From a virus: a DNA stretch of 64,000 nucleotides. This document shows positions 46,447 through 55,544 of the stretch, piece by piece. The stretch spans positions 1 to 64,000 of IMG/VR virus record IMGVR_UViG_3300034111_001103. One strand, 5' to 3'. Position 1 is the first letter of the stretch. Each line of letters opens with the position of its first letter. Under the pieces are notes generated by a model. It did not search any database. It worked only from the letters and a program-made list of their open reading frames with translations, and was not told the origin of the DNA. The position numbers and the translations under genes are program-made.

Positions 46447-47076
46447 TTACACACAAGATCCTCCTCCAAGTGTTAGAGTTTTTAGACAATTTACTTGTCT
46501 TATTAGAACTCCTATTTGGGCAGATTGTAAAGCTAAACTAGTTTGTAAATTAGCTATTGTAGTAGCTTGTTCTTGTACCATACAAGATAAAGATTTACCT
46601 GTAGGAACAGGACATAATTCAAATCCTAAATTAGATTTTAACTCACATAAACAATTTAATACATTTTGTATAGCTTCAGATACTGTAACAGTCCCTACAG
46701 TAACACAAGGGCTATCTGCACAACATTTATAGTCTACAGTTACCATTGGTTCAAAAGTAGATAAATCTGTATTTAGAGTATCTATTTGAGATTGTAGATT
46801 ACAAGATTCTTCTAAAAGAAAAAGTATAAACTCAAGGATAGTTTTATCTCTAGTACCCCAAGCTGTCACTAGACAAGGAGGAAGAACAATAGTAGAAACA
46901 TTTGTTGCTCCCACTAATTCACATAACTTTTCAGCTATAGAAACCTGAACTGTAGTTAGTTTCATTCCAGGACAAATTTCTAAACAAGGTATTTCTGGTC
47001 CTTGATATGAAACACAGTCAGAAGTAATTACATCTGGACAATTATAAAAGGAATCTTGGCAAGTCTTACAGCTCAT
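46447..47076 (-). CDS. Cys-rich tail fibre protein (18 Cys/209 aa)
   Basis: Cys motifs alternating with coiled coils. Confidence 0.65.
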   Translation of the reverse strand: MSCKTCQDSFYNCPDVITSDCVSYQGPEIPCLEICPGMKLTTVQVSIAEKLCELVGATNVSTIVLPPCLVTAWGTRDKTILEFILFLLEESCNLQSQIDTLNTDLSTFEPMVTVDYKCCADSPCVTVGTVTVSEAIQNVLNCLCELKSNLGFELCPVPTGKSLSCMVQEQATTIANLQTSLALQSAQIGVLIRQVNCLKTLTLGGGSCV

Positions 47077-47344
47077 TTAATTTATTTTTTATAACACTAA
47101 AAATATCTTCTATTTTGTAATCTTTAAAACAAGTATCACAATTTTTAATCTTTTCTAAGAGTTCTTTATATTTAGCTACTTTAAAAACTAAATCTTTATT
47201 TATAGTACCTCCTAAATCAAATCTTTGAGAAGAATGAAAAGCATTTATTTTTTTTGAAAGTTTTTTATCTATGGTTCTTTGTAATTTTTCTATATCTTCA
47301 CAAGAATAACCACAATCACAATTATTTGGTGTCATTACAATCAC
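47066..47344 (-). CDS. Putative tail hub B-like protein
   Basis: Small helical Cys protein after hub A-like gene; crAss-like synteny. Confidence 0.4.
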   Translation of the reverse strand: MIVMTPNNCDCGYSCEDIEKLQRTIDKKLSKKINAFHSSQRFDLGGTINKDLVFKVAKYKELLEKIKNCDTCFKDYKIEDIFSVIKNKLNEL

Positions 47345-47876
47345 AGTTTATTAGATTATCCAATATTTTACTTGCTTTAGAATATAAAGAATTAGCTTCT
47401 TTAAGATTACAGTCATTAGTATTTGCTAATACTCCTTCCATATATAATCCAGCTAATTTTAGTTTTTCTAGTTTATCTTTAGAATAACAAGCAGAACATT
47501 GTGCAAAATCTAATTCTAAGAGAGCTTTAAAGTAAAGACACTCTAGTTTACACATTCTGTAGAAAGTTCTTTCTTTATAGAATTGATCATGAGGACATAT
47601 ACTGATTTTAATAGTATAAGGACCATCTGGTAATTCTATATAGTCAGCAGGATCTAAAACTTTCTTTATATTTAGATTAGAACTGTTTAGAATAGTTACT
47701 CCTTCTTTATAGTAAGTTAATTCTACAGGGTTTGTATAACCTGGAGCTAATACTTGCATAATAGGTTCTGTAATAGTTTGAGCAGGATTATAATAAGATA
47801 TATCCATAACACCTATAGTATTACAAGTATGAGTATTTACAAAAGAAAAATCTAAAAAAGTATTATTAAAAGCCAT
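47322..47876 (-). CDS. Putative tail hub A-like protein
   Basis: Ig-like N-terminus with LPDGPYTI plus helical C-terminus; crAss-like synteny. Confidence 0.5.
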   Translation of the reverse strand: MAFNNTFLDFSFVNTHTCNTIGVMDISYYNPAQTITEPIMQVLAPGYTNPVELTYYKEGVTILNSSNLNIKKVLDPADYIELPDGPYTIKISICPHDQFYKERTFYRMCKLECLYFKALLELDFAQCSACYSKDKLEKLKLAGLYMEGVLANTNDCNLKEANSLYSKASKILDNLINCDCNDTK

Positions 47877-47989
47877 TATTTTTTATTTATAAGTTCCCTG
47901 CACATTCTACAGATACCATTTATTATACCAAGACTACAAGCTTTTCCAGCTTTTCCACATTTGGTACATTTTGTTTGACCACAAGACAT
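47876..47989 (-). CDS. 37 aa Cys-rich microprotein (6 Cys)
   Basis: MSCGQTKCTKCGKAGKACSLGIINGICRMCRELINKK; TAATG-coupled to next gene; not in ORF track. Confidence 0.65.
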   Translation of the reverse strand: MSCGQTKCTKCGKAGKACSLGIINGICRMCRELINKK

Positions 47990-48024
47990 GATTTATTTTG
48001 GTTTTTTTGGTTTAAAAAAGAATA

Positions 48025-48462
48025 TTAATCACAATTATCTACTCCTGTTAAAGAAGTTACATCGGATTTATATACTACTCTAGACTTAAAAGCTAAAAGC
48101 AATAATTGTACATTTATTGTTGAAGGAGAATTATACCAAGAAGTTTGTAAATTTCCAGTCCAATTACCTAAAGAATCTAATGTTATAGTATTAATAACTC
48201 CTCCTTCTGGTTCTGTAGAACTTACTATAAATACTTTACAAGTGTTTCCAGCTAATTTAGGAAATGATATAGATACATTTTCAAATATAACACCTGTTAC
48301 ATTAGTATTACTTCCACAAGTAAATGTATCATATGTTACAGAAGGAATACAACAAGGTTCTAAAATAGTTTTGAAATCATTATACATAGTTTTAGAAACT
48401 ATATGTTTTAATTGAGCTAAAAGAGAGGTTTTATAATTAGAAGGTTGTTTTAAGAAAGCCAT
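48025..48462 (-). CDS. Putative virion decoration protein
   Basis: EPCC then Ig-like beta domain. Confidence 0.5.
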   Translation of the reverse strand: MAFLKQPSNYKTSLLAQLKHIVSKTMYNDFKTILEPCCIPSVTYDTFTCGSNTNVTGVIFENVSISFPKLAGNTCKVFIVSSTEPEGGVINTITLDSLGNWTGNLQTSWYNSPSTINVQLLLLAFKSRVVYKSDVTSLTGVDNCD

Positions 48463-48492
48463 TTTATTTTAATTTTTATATTTTTAAACAAT

Positions 48493-48531
48493 AAAAAAGG
48501 GAGGTTCAAGGAAGTTTCCTTATTCCTCCCT
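48493..48531 (-). terminator. Intrinsic terminator
   Basis: AGGGAGG..AAGGAA/TTCCTT..CCTCCCT stem, T6 on the minus strand. Confidence 0.75.
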
Positions 48532-48560
48532 AATAATAGGTTATTTATTTAGAGTATTTT

Positions 48561-50495
48561 TTAGATAACTATAGGTGATACTATTGAACCTGGGAAAGAA
48601 ACAAAAGCATTGATAGCATTTACAAAACTAGAACCTTGTCCAGCAGGAAAGTACACTGTTAATGAATGTTCTTCAAATTGAGAGTGTCCAAAACCTGAAG
48701 CCATACCAGAGTTTCCTACTTCTGAAGTATATGTCAAAACATATTCATCATAGTATCCTTGTAAATCTATTCCTAATTCATATCCCATAGCATCTCTTGT
48801 TGCAGGATCACTATTCCAGTTTCTGTTAAAGTAGAAGTTAGATAATACTACTCTTTCAGAAAGTACACTAGAACCATATCCTTTTGCATATTTAACTCCT
48901 TGAACAACTGTTACAGGGAAATCAGAAGAGCAAAGTTCACTATAATCCATATCATTAGGGTTTTTACTAGATACAGATATAAACAAAGGTTCAACTTCAT
49001 AAGAAACTGCTTCAAAAAAACATTCTTTTCTATCTCTTTGTACATAAGCACTTTCTAATTGTACTCCACATACACAACCTACACCAGTAACATCAGTAGC
49101 TACTAAAGTCCATATAGAACCATTAAAAGGTTGAGGAGCTGTAAAAGTATAAGTAGGGTCAGAACAATCATCACAATAAATATTATCACTTTCTATTTCT
49201 ATGAAATATTGAGTAGTACAAGTACCAGTGTTAGTAGTTCCTTGAGTTACAGTACCAATTCCATCATAAGCTGCTTGTAATTCTGTTAAGAATCCATCTC
49301 CACAAACATTATTTTTAAGAGATATAGAGTAGCTTTGTAAAGCTCTAGTACAAGTAACACCTTCAGTCCATGCTATAGAAGTAGCAGTATCTTGAGTACA
49401 AACTGCTTGAACATCTCCTATAAGAGTAACCACATCCCCAGCTGTAGCAGCAGCTAAAGTTGCACTTGTAGAATATATTTCATAAGTAGAAGTACCAAAT
49501 GCTCGAGATAATCTTATTGCTGTATTTTCTTCTGCTGTTGCAGTATAGTCAGTTTTAAAAGTAGCTAATGCTGTTGGAGTACCATCATCTGTTCTTGTTA
49601 CAGTATAAGCATACAAACCATCTACTAAAGTATATCCAGAAGGACAAGTAGTACAATTAGGAATTGTAGGAGTAACAGAAGAATCAAAAGCTGTTGGAGT
49701 AGAACTATCACATACAACTAATTTATAAGTTGAGTAAACTCCTGATCTAGATAATCTAGATACAGCTGTACCAATATACTGAGCTTGAACTCTTCCTAGT
49801 GCTTCTTGATTACCTGCATCAGCTACAACCAAAGTAAATTCTGTACAGTTTACAGTAGCATAACCACTTGGAGTATCACAAGATACAACTTTAGAAGCTC
49901 TTACATATTTAGAAAGTAATTCTCCACCTATAGTTTTTCTTTTATTGATTGCATCAATCATTGCATCTGCAACTACATTACAATCTACTAAAGCTCCACA
50001 ATTATCTGCACATTCATCAGTACAAGGTAACTGAATAGTAAATGCTTCAGTTAATGTATTGTAGTGAGTAGTAGAACTAGCTCCTAAAAGATTTCCTATA
50101 GGTGCTCCAGATAATGTTAGGTAGAAATTCATATCTTTACCTTCTTGTAAAGATAAAGTTTTAGTAGCATCCACACCATCATAACCAATTCTTACAATCA
50201 TATTCTGAGGTGCTTGGCTTTTATTACCAACCCAAGATTTAATACTTGATGCTTTAATTGGAAGAGATTTTGGTGTTTCATTTGTTAGACCAATTCCCAT
50301 AGGAAAAGATCTAACATCTCTACCCCAAGCTATTATAATAGCATTGTTTGTAGGATATGAAGGAGTAGTTACTGCTTGATAAGTTCTAGCATCGAAAACT
50401 CCAATTTGAAAATCACCTAAATCATAAGTTGATCCTGTAGAAGGAATAGAACCTAAGTTTGTGATAAATGCATTTCTGTACGGTTGTGTTGCCAT
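48561..50495 (-). CDS. Auxiliary capsid protein-like (crAss gene 73-like), Cys-rich
   Basis: Position after ring-like gene, followed by strong terminator; C-terminal AKGYG...YYDEYVLTY...LTVYFP. Confidence 0.55.
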   Translation of the reverse strand: MATQPYRNAFITNLGSIPSTGSTYDLGDFQIGVFDARTYQAVTTPSYPTNNAIIIAWGRDVRSFPMGIGLTNETPKSLPIKASSIKSWVGNKSQAPQNMIVRIGYDGVDATKTLSLQEGKDMNFYLTLSGAPIGNLLGASSTTHYNTLTEAFTIQLPCTDECADNCGALVDCNVVADAMIDAINKRKTIGGELLSKYVRASKVVSCDTPSGYATVNCTEFTLVVADAGNQEALGRVQAQYIGTAVSRLSRSGVYSTYKLVVCDSSTPTAFDSSVTPTIPNCTTCPSGYTLVDGLYAYTVTRTDDGTPTALATFKTDYTATAEENTAIRLSRAFGTSTYEIYSTSATLAAATAGDVVTLIGDVQAVCTQDTATSIAWTEGVTCTRALQSYSISLKNNVCGDGFLTELQAAYDGIGTVTQGTTNTGTCTTQYFIEIESDNIYCDDCSDPTYTFTAPQPFNGSIWTLVATDVTGVGCVCGVQLESAYVQRDRKECFFEAVSYEVEPLFISVSSKNPNDMDYSELCSSDFPVTVVQGVKYAKGYGSSVLSERVVLSNFYFNRNWNSDPATRDAMGYELGIDLQGYYDEYVLTYTSEVGNSGMASGFGHSQFEEHSLTVYFPAGQGSSFVNAINAFVSFPGSIVSPIVI

Positions 50496-50527
50496 TTTAT
50501 TTTATTTGTTTAAATTTATTTTTATAA

Positions 50528-51190
50528 TTAGTTTTGTTTAACTTTCCTACTATCTGCTAGTTGATAACCTATTGAATTTTCTGAACTTCTAAAGAATTCT
50601 TCTACAGCATAGTTTATGATTTCATCCATAAACCTATCATCTATAGGTAGAGGTTGGTTTGTTGAATTTGTGTTGTCTATATTAATGTATCCTTCTATAT
50701 CAAAAGTTGGAAGATTTAAATAATAAGTAACAGTTATTTTAGGTATAGTAAAATCTGTTTTATATACTTTTATAGAGTTAGATGCTATTTGGTGAAATGT
50801 CCATTCCCAATCAAAGTCTGGTTTTTGGTTTTCATCAAATTCTAAAAGGTTTTTATTTTGACCTTTAGAGGGTCTAGAAAAGATTACCTTTTTGCATTTG
50901 TCTTTTACAGCTTCACAAGTTACAGATATACATTCAAAAAAGTTTGAGTCTATTGGAAATTCTATAAAATCTCCTTTATCTATACCATTTATTTTTGAGG
51001 TTGTAACTACTAAAGATTGTATGTCATCTATTAGGATAGAGTCTTTATTCTTTAGTTTATCATTCTCCCAGATATTTTTAACTTCATTTATGATTAAAGC
51101 AAATCTGGCTTTATCACATTGAATGTTAAATTCTGTATTACCTTTATTTATTTTTAATAAAAACTTCTGATATGCTATTTCTGGATTCAT
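50528..51190 (-). CDS. Tail ring/adaptor protein (crAss gene 74-like)
   Basis: FLLKINK...IDDIQSLV...FMDEIINYAV. Confidence 0.65.
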   Translation of the reverse strand: MNPEIAYQKFLLKINKGNTEFNIQCDKARFALIINEVKNIWENDKLKNKDSILIDDIQSLVVTTSKINGIDKGDFIEFPIDSNFFECISVTCEAVKDKCKKVIFSRPSKGQNKNLLEFDENQKPDFDWEWTFHQIASNSIKVYKTDFTIPKITVTYYLNLPTFDIEGYINIDNTNSTNQPLPIDDRFMDEIINYAVEEFFRSSENSIGYQLADSRKVKQN

Positions 51191-51206
51191 TTTAAACCTT
51201 TAGTTT

Positions 51207-52172
51207 TTAGCCAAGGTTTTTCATAGTCTTAGCTTTTTTATCAACTGCTTCTCTCAACTGTGCTAATTCTGTAGAAAAAGAATCAGATTTTAATAATTCA
51301 ATAGAACCTTCTTCAGTATCTCTATAATTAACTCCACCTCTAAAATAACATTTATCTGTAGGATTAAACTTAACTATATTTAAGATTACAGCTTTTTTGA
51401 AAAGATTTGCTGTCATTATATCTTCATTCTTTAAAGAACAAGCATTATTGAATTTTTCTGCTTGAGCAACAATCATTGTTTTTTCATATAACAACTCTTG
51501 TAAAAGATCTTCAGACATATTTCTCTTAGGTTTGTACCCTAAGTAATAAGCAATTTCCCAAGCTCTATCATAATTTACTTTATCTCCAAATAACTCAGAT
51601 AAGTGTTTACCTTTAGCTATATCTATTCTTACTCTTTGTCTAGCATCTTTGTTTATTTCATCTTCAGTTGTTAAGAGGTATTTAGCTTCTCTGAACTTAG
51701 GATCTCCAGCTTCTTCTTTAGTGCCTGGTACTAGATTGTTAAACTTTAAGAAAATAAGAGCTACTTTATGATAAGGATTATCTGTAGGACTTAAATTATA
51801 ACTTTTACCTTTGATGTCCATGTATGCATTACCAAATGCATCATCTCCAAGAACTACACAAAAATCATCCCAGAATTCAGATTTAGGAGATAAGTCAACA
51901 CCTAAAGTATCTTCTAGGTCTTGTTTTAACTCTGTAATTTCTTTAATTTTTTGTTCTTTTTCTTTACCTTTTAAAACCAATACACTTGGATGAGTTACAT
52001 CTAAACCTGTAGAGAATTTTTTTAAGTTATGATTGTAAGGACAAAAAATTAATTTACTAGTATCTGGGTAAGAACTTTTTTTGTAATCAGAAAGTCCTGA
52101 AGGATCTTTCTCAATGTATCTTTGTTTTACTTGATATGACTTAGATAAGTCAATAGTTGAATCAGTGTTCAT
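51207..52172 (-). CDS. crAss gene 75-like protein
   Basis: Directly after MCP; DLSPKSEFWDDF motif. Confidence 0.6.
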   Translation of the reverse strand: MNTDSTIDLSKSYQVKQRYIEKDPSGLSDYKKSSYPDTSKLIFCPYNHNLKKFSTGLDVTHPSVLVLKGKEKEQKIKEITELKQDLEDTLGVDLSPKSEFWDDFCVVLGDDAFGNAYMDIKGKSYNLSPTDNPYHKVALIFLKFNNLVPGTKEEAGDPKFREAKYLLTTEDEINKDARQRVRIDIAKGKHLSELFGDKVNYDRAWEIAYYLGYKPKRNMSEDLLQELLYEKTMIVAQAEKFNNACSLKNEDIMTANLFKKAVILNIVKFNPTDKCYFRGGVNYRDTEEGSIELLKSDSFSTELAQLREAVDKKAKTMKNLG

Positions 52173-52214
52173 TTTGGTTTTTTGGTTTTTGGTTTTTTAA
52201 AAATTTAGTATATC

Positions 52215-53912
52215 TTAGTAAGGAGCAGACAATTCAAATAAGATTGATTTTGTAGGATCTTTCAACCAGATATTAGATTGATTTTCCATGATAGTTGTAG
52301 AACCATCAAATCTACTTGAAGCTACATTACCTCTACCTGCTGAAGGAGCATATGGAGATGTTCTACCTGCAATATAAGTTACTTTAGTACCTGGCATTCC
52401 TGCATTTCTTACTAAGTAAATATTTGCTCCAGTATCTACACCTTTAGCCCATTCTACTTGAGAAGTTACTTGAGCAGCATTTGTTGATGCTGAGTCTGTA
52501 ACATCAAATATAGCAGAAGTGTAAGAATGTTTAGGGAAACCTCCAATATAAGGTTCATCTTCAGTTCTTGAGAACTGTGAATCAAATGCTGGGTTATGTT
52601 CTATTTCAAGAGTACCTAAACCAGAGATGAATACAGATTGCATTCTATAACCAGAAGATAATTGAGATATACCATTTATTTCACCTACTTTTTTAACTAT
52701 ACCAAGATCAGCTGCTTGTAATACTGCACCAGCTTGATTAGCTGTTCTATTTAATTCTTCATTAAAGATTCTTTGAAGTTCATTAACTGCACCTCTACCA
52801 CCTTGTAATTTGAATTTTCTCATATAATCAGGAATGTCTGGTCTGTTTCTGAAAACTTGTCCAAATACATTCATTAAAGCTTGTTTAGAGTATCTAGGGA
52901 TTTTAGCCCAGTTACCTCTTTTCATTTGTTGGTATAAACCTTCACCTATGATTTGAGATTTGTTTCTAGCACCTTGTATAACACCTCCTTTTGCCCACAT
53001 AAGATCTCTTTCTTCATCTAACATTAATTGTTTCATGATAAGAGCATCAGCCATAGACATCCAAGAAGCTGTACCAGGTTTAATACCTTGCATACCATCA
53101 GTACCTAATTTACCATTACCTTCACCAATAACCATATAGAAATTAGGGTCATTTGGATTTAAAAGGTTAGAGTTACCTCCTACAAAGTCTACAGGAGTAG
53201 TACCATTATTTTTATTGAATTGTAGATTCAATCTTTGAGCATTACCTGTGATAGTATACTCAACACCTCTTCTACCTCCCAATTGATGTTTTAATTTCAT
53301 CATACCAAAAGAGTTCTCAATACCTGCAAAGTTTTCTGTGAATTCTCCACCTGTACCTGAAATTCTAAAGTATTGTGTACCTACAGATAAATATTTTTTA
53401 TCAAAGTATTCATCTCTATTGTTAGTTACTAGTCTTACTTTGTAAATAAAACCTTGACCACTTTGAGCAGATGCTACATCCACAATGTAAAGATTTTGTC
53501 CATCTCTGAAGTCTGGAGTAATTCTTGTTCCAATTTGGAAAGTTGGTTCTAGATTACCATCACCTAAACAGATTTCAAATAATTGACCATCTTGACCTGG
53601 TTTAGCTATATCAGTACTCATTTCCTCTTTTACAGTAACACCATCTAATTGGTAAGGCATGTTGAAAGTTAATTCTCCATCATCTCCATTTAAATAGATA
53701 GTATTTTTTTGTAATTCTGTCATTGACAATAATGGTGTAGAGATAAGAGACCATTGATTCCATGCTGAGAGAACTCCCATATGAGTAGATCTAATATCAT
53801 CTCCAAACATCTTTAATAAGTTGTTTGAGTCTGTAAAAACTCCAGACATTCTATAATCTGCTTTTTTTACTACTAAGTTATTGCCAAAATTCTGAAAAGT
53901 AGGTGTTGCCAT
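52215..53912 (-). CDS. Major capsid protein (crAss-like)
   Basis: 565 aa, GEGLYQQM, IEHNPAFD, IWLKDPTKS; synteny. Confidence 0.85.
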   Translation of the reverse strand: MATPTFQNFGNNLVVKKADYRMSGVFTDSNNLLKMFGDDIRSTHMGVLSAWNQWSLISTPLLSMTELQKNTIYLNGDDGELTFNMPYQLDGVTVKEEMSTDIAKPGQDGQLFEICLGDGNLEPTFQIGTRITPDFRDGQNLYIVDVASAQSGQGFIYKVRLVTNNRDEYFDKKYLSVGTQYFRISGTGGEFTENFAGIENSFGMMKLKHQLGGRRGVEYTITGNAQRLNLQFNKNNGTTPVDFVGGNSNLLNPNDPNFYMVIGEGNGKLGTDGMQGIKPGTASWMSMADALIMKQLMLDEERDLMWAKGGVIQGARNKSQIIGEGLYQQMKRGNWAKIPRYSKQALMNVFGQVFRNRPDIPDYMRKFKLQGGRGAVNELQRIFNEELNRTANQAGAVLQAADLGIVKKVGEINGISQLSSGYRMQSVFISGLGTLEIEHNPAFDSQFSRTEDEPYIGGFPKHSYTSAIFDVTDSASTNAAQVTSQVEWAKGVDTGANIYLVRNAGMPGTKVTYIAGRTSPYAPSAGRGNVASSRFDGSTTIMENQSNIWLKDPTKSILFELSAPY

Positions 53913-53948
53913 TTTTTATAATTTTTTTTATTATTTGTTTATTTAAGT

Positions 53949-55124
53949 TTATTTAAACCTATCAAATGTGGTAGGTCTGTTAAAAGTTTGTTTTTGTTTT
54001 TTAGTTTCTTCAGGAAACTCAGTATTTTTTCTAGTAATATTACCTTCTCTTATAAGTTGGAAAGTTTTTTTATTAGTTTCCTTTTCTATTTCTTTTTTAT
54101 CTCCCACAGAATCAAAGTCTTTAACCATTTTAACAAGTTTTAAAAACTTTGCAGGATCAGATTGGATTTCTTGTATTTTTAAAAGATAATCAGAAGCTTT
54201 TCTTCCACCTTCAATTACATGTTTAGTATCAAAATAAAACTTTTCTAATTCTTTTTTTTCTCTATCAGGAGTAGAATCTTTGTAGATAGCTTCTTTGAAA
54301 GTTTTTATGTATTTTTCTTGAGATTCTCTTTGATATTTAGCTTGTCTTTCTTGTTCTTGTAAAAGAGTTTGTCTATCTTCTTGTATAGCTTTCACTAGTG
54401 CTTCTTTTGCTTCTTCAGCAGCTTCTGATAAAGCTTCAGCTCCTTGATCTTTTAAGAACTCGATGTATTTTTTTGTATTTTTATCAGAAGCACCTAAAGC
54501 TTCTTGATAATTTTTTATTAATTCTTCAGCATGATCAGGATCTTCAGGATCATAAGAATCTATATTTTTTTGGTCAGCTTCAAATTTTGCTAAATCTTCA
54601 ACTCTACCTCCATTTTTTATAAACTCATAAAAAGACTTATATTGTTCTCCTAGTTCTTCTTCTTTTTGTTGTAGAACAGATTCAGCTTTCCACTGTGCTT
54701 GTTTGATAGCTAGTTCTTGAAAAGATTCATCATCTAGCTCTAAATCTTCTATAGGTTGACCTTTTTCATCTTCTACAGGAAACCATTCTCCAGATTCTAC
54801 TAACATCTTATAGTATTGAGTTCTATCTAGACCTGTTGATTTTGTATTCTCAGTAGTAGGTTTATTATCTTTACTTTTACCAGAGTCTTTTTGAGTATCT
54901 TCTGTAGTAGTAGGTTCTGCACCTAAAACAGATAATTCCTCCTCTGTCATACTTGGGATTTCTCCAGGTATTAAAGTTTGATTGGGAATTACTGTGGTTT
55001 CAGTTTTGGTGTTTTCTACAGTTTCTGTTGTTTCTGTAGTAGCTCCAGGAGCATTATCTAAAGACTCTCCTGACAAAGCTTGAATCTCATCATCAGATAA
55101 TGAGGCAACTTGAAAATCAGACAT
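53949..55124 (-). CDS. Acidic scaffold-like protein (crAss gene 77-like)
   Basis: Acidic disordered N-terminus, FYEFIKNGG, coiled coil; start moved to MSDFQ. Confidence 0.65.
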   Translation of the reverse strand: MSDFQVASLSDDEIQALSGESLDNAPGATTETTETVENTKTETTVIPNQTLIPGEIPSMTEEELSVLGAEPTTTEDTQKDSGKSKDNKPTTENTKSTGLDRTQYYKMLVESGEWFPVEDEKGQPIEDLELDDESFQELAIKQAQWKAESVLQQKEEELGEQYKSFYEFIKNGGRVEDLAKFEADQKNIDSYDPEDPDHAEELIKNYQEALGASDKNTKKYIEFLKDQGAEALSEAAEEAKEALVKAIQEDRQTLLQEQERQAKYQRESQEKYIKTFKEAIYKDSTPDREKKELEKFYFDTKHVIEGGRKASDYLLKIQEIQSDPAKFLKLVKMVKDFDSVGDKKEIEKETNKKTFQLIREGNITRKNTEFPEETKKQKQTFNRPTTFDRFK

Positions 55125-55223
55125 TTTTTTTGGTTTTTTGGTTTTGTGATACAATATTACAAAATATTATTCATATAAAAAAATGAGTATCAATACTTTG
55201 CTTTAATATGTTAAAATGATACT

Positions 55224-55544
55224 TTAAGTTGTAAGTAATCTTTTTATGTGCTCAAAAAGATAAGCTTGTATTTCATGATTGTTAAAATCTATTTCTACTC
55301 CAGCATAATTTAATATATACCAAGTAGCGTGGATTAATTCATGATCTAAAGTAGTATTATTGTTATAAAATAATAGAAAAGAACTTGGACCAGGAAATTG
55401 ATAGAATATACCAAATACATTATCTAGGTCTTCTATTAATTTTGTCTCATTAGGATAATTTAATTTAACCCATTTTTGACATTTTTCTTTATCTTTAAAA
55501 CTAAATATGGGAAAATTAAAAGGTTCAACTATTATTTTTTTCAT
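55224..55544 (-). CDS. Minimal zincin metallopeptidase
   Basis: HELIH...EIQAY. Confidence 0.7.
   Translation of the reverse strand: MKKIIVEPFNFPIFSFKDKEKCQKWVKLNYPNETKLIEDLDNVFGIFYQFPGPSSFLLFYNNNTTLDHELIHATWYILNYAGVEIDFNNHEIQAYLFEHIKRLLTT

Noticed and set aside
52173-52200. (TTTTTGG)n tandem repeat, also near 47996 and 55125, as a mobile or telomere-like repeat
   Set aside because: Always directly upstream of minus-strand start codons; best explained as A-rich Bacteroidota translation leaders.
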